Of a DNA stretch of 64,000 nt, positions 63,501 through 64,000 are shown piece after piece. The position numbers were made by a program, and so were the translations under genes. Positions within the stretch are counted from its first letter, which is position 1. Every line of letters starts with the position of its first letter. Origin of the DNA: Selaginella moellendorffii (taxonomy: Eukaryota > Plantae > Lycopodiophyta); assembly GCF_000143415.4 (NCBI RefSeq), contig NW_003314329.1, positions 515,421-579,420 of the forward strand, in the 5' to 3' direction. The notes below the pieces were generated by a model that had not been told where the DNA came from, searched no databases, and saw only the letters and a list, made by a program, of their open reading frames with translations.

Positions 63501-64000
63501 ATGGAGGTGTGGAAACACCAGCAATGAGTTGTAGGACTTAACAACTATGAGGCAACTAAGCGAGAGGTGCAAAATAATTGGTTAAATGGGTAGAAAGTAG
63601 CTACCCAAGCCTTCTTAATGGCATAGGGAAGTTGGATATACCCTTACGGGGGATAAGTTGTTTATGTTGCGATATAGTAAGTCAATGTCATGAAAGAAAA
63701 TACTCATTGTCAAGGAAGCCGTCATTGGGACACCCGAACACTCTAGAACACCAGGAGGTGGTGTTTGATGTCGCGAGGGCAATAGATAAGGCCCAAGGGA
63801 CTAAGTCCCTAGCGAATGATGGATAGAAGGTGCTATCCAAATGTCCAAGGTGGCAGAGACAGGAGAAGACTGTCTACTCGAATTGGACAAAGCCAAAAAT
63901 GGAATTTTGGCAAGGCTAGTGATGGGCATGTAAAGGCCCATAAACAACAACGTAATCTCGGTGTGTGGGATTATAGGGTGAGCATACCTGGATTGAGGAA
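60526..64000 (+). mobile_element. Element G: A-family non-autonomous LTR element, running off the window
   Basis: 5' LTR 60526-62307, PBS tggtatcggag at 62311, interior homologous to A from 4968 onward; candidate TSD GAGGA at 60521-60525. Confidence 0.9.

Overview
Eukaryotic plant-type DNA (tRNA-iMet PBSs, TTTAGGG motif, very short 38-57 nt GT-AG introns; a compact-intron host such as a lycophyte or bryophyte is inferred, not shown). Essentially the whole window is nested transposable elements and I see no host gene. Components: (1) three partial copies of a ~13 kb DNA transposon with ~24-bp TIRs. It encodes a DUF7869/Sola-like DDE transposase and, divergently, a multi-exon ~1650-aa protein with ParB-like, degenerate amino-methyltransferase-like, acidic and FCP1/NIF phosphatase-like regions. 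It carries >30 copies of a 22-bp palindrome, several inside its own introns. (2) An autonomous Ty3/gypsy chromovirus family (E, F) whose integrase is split by two spliceosomal-type introns, the first just before the catalytic Glu. (3) A non-coding LARD-like LTR family (A, B, C, G) that shares PBS, PPT, LTR motifs and twin tRNA T-arm-like hairpins with that chromovirus. (4) A small short-LTR gypsy element (D). All domain calls are motif recognition by eye; no database search was run.
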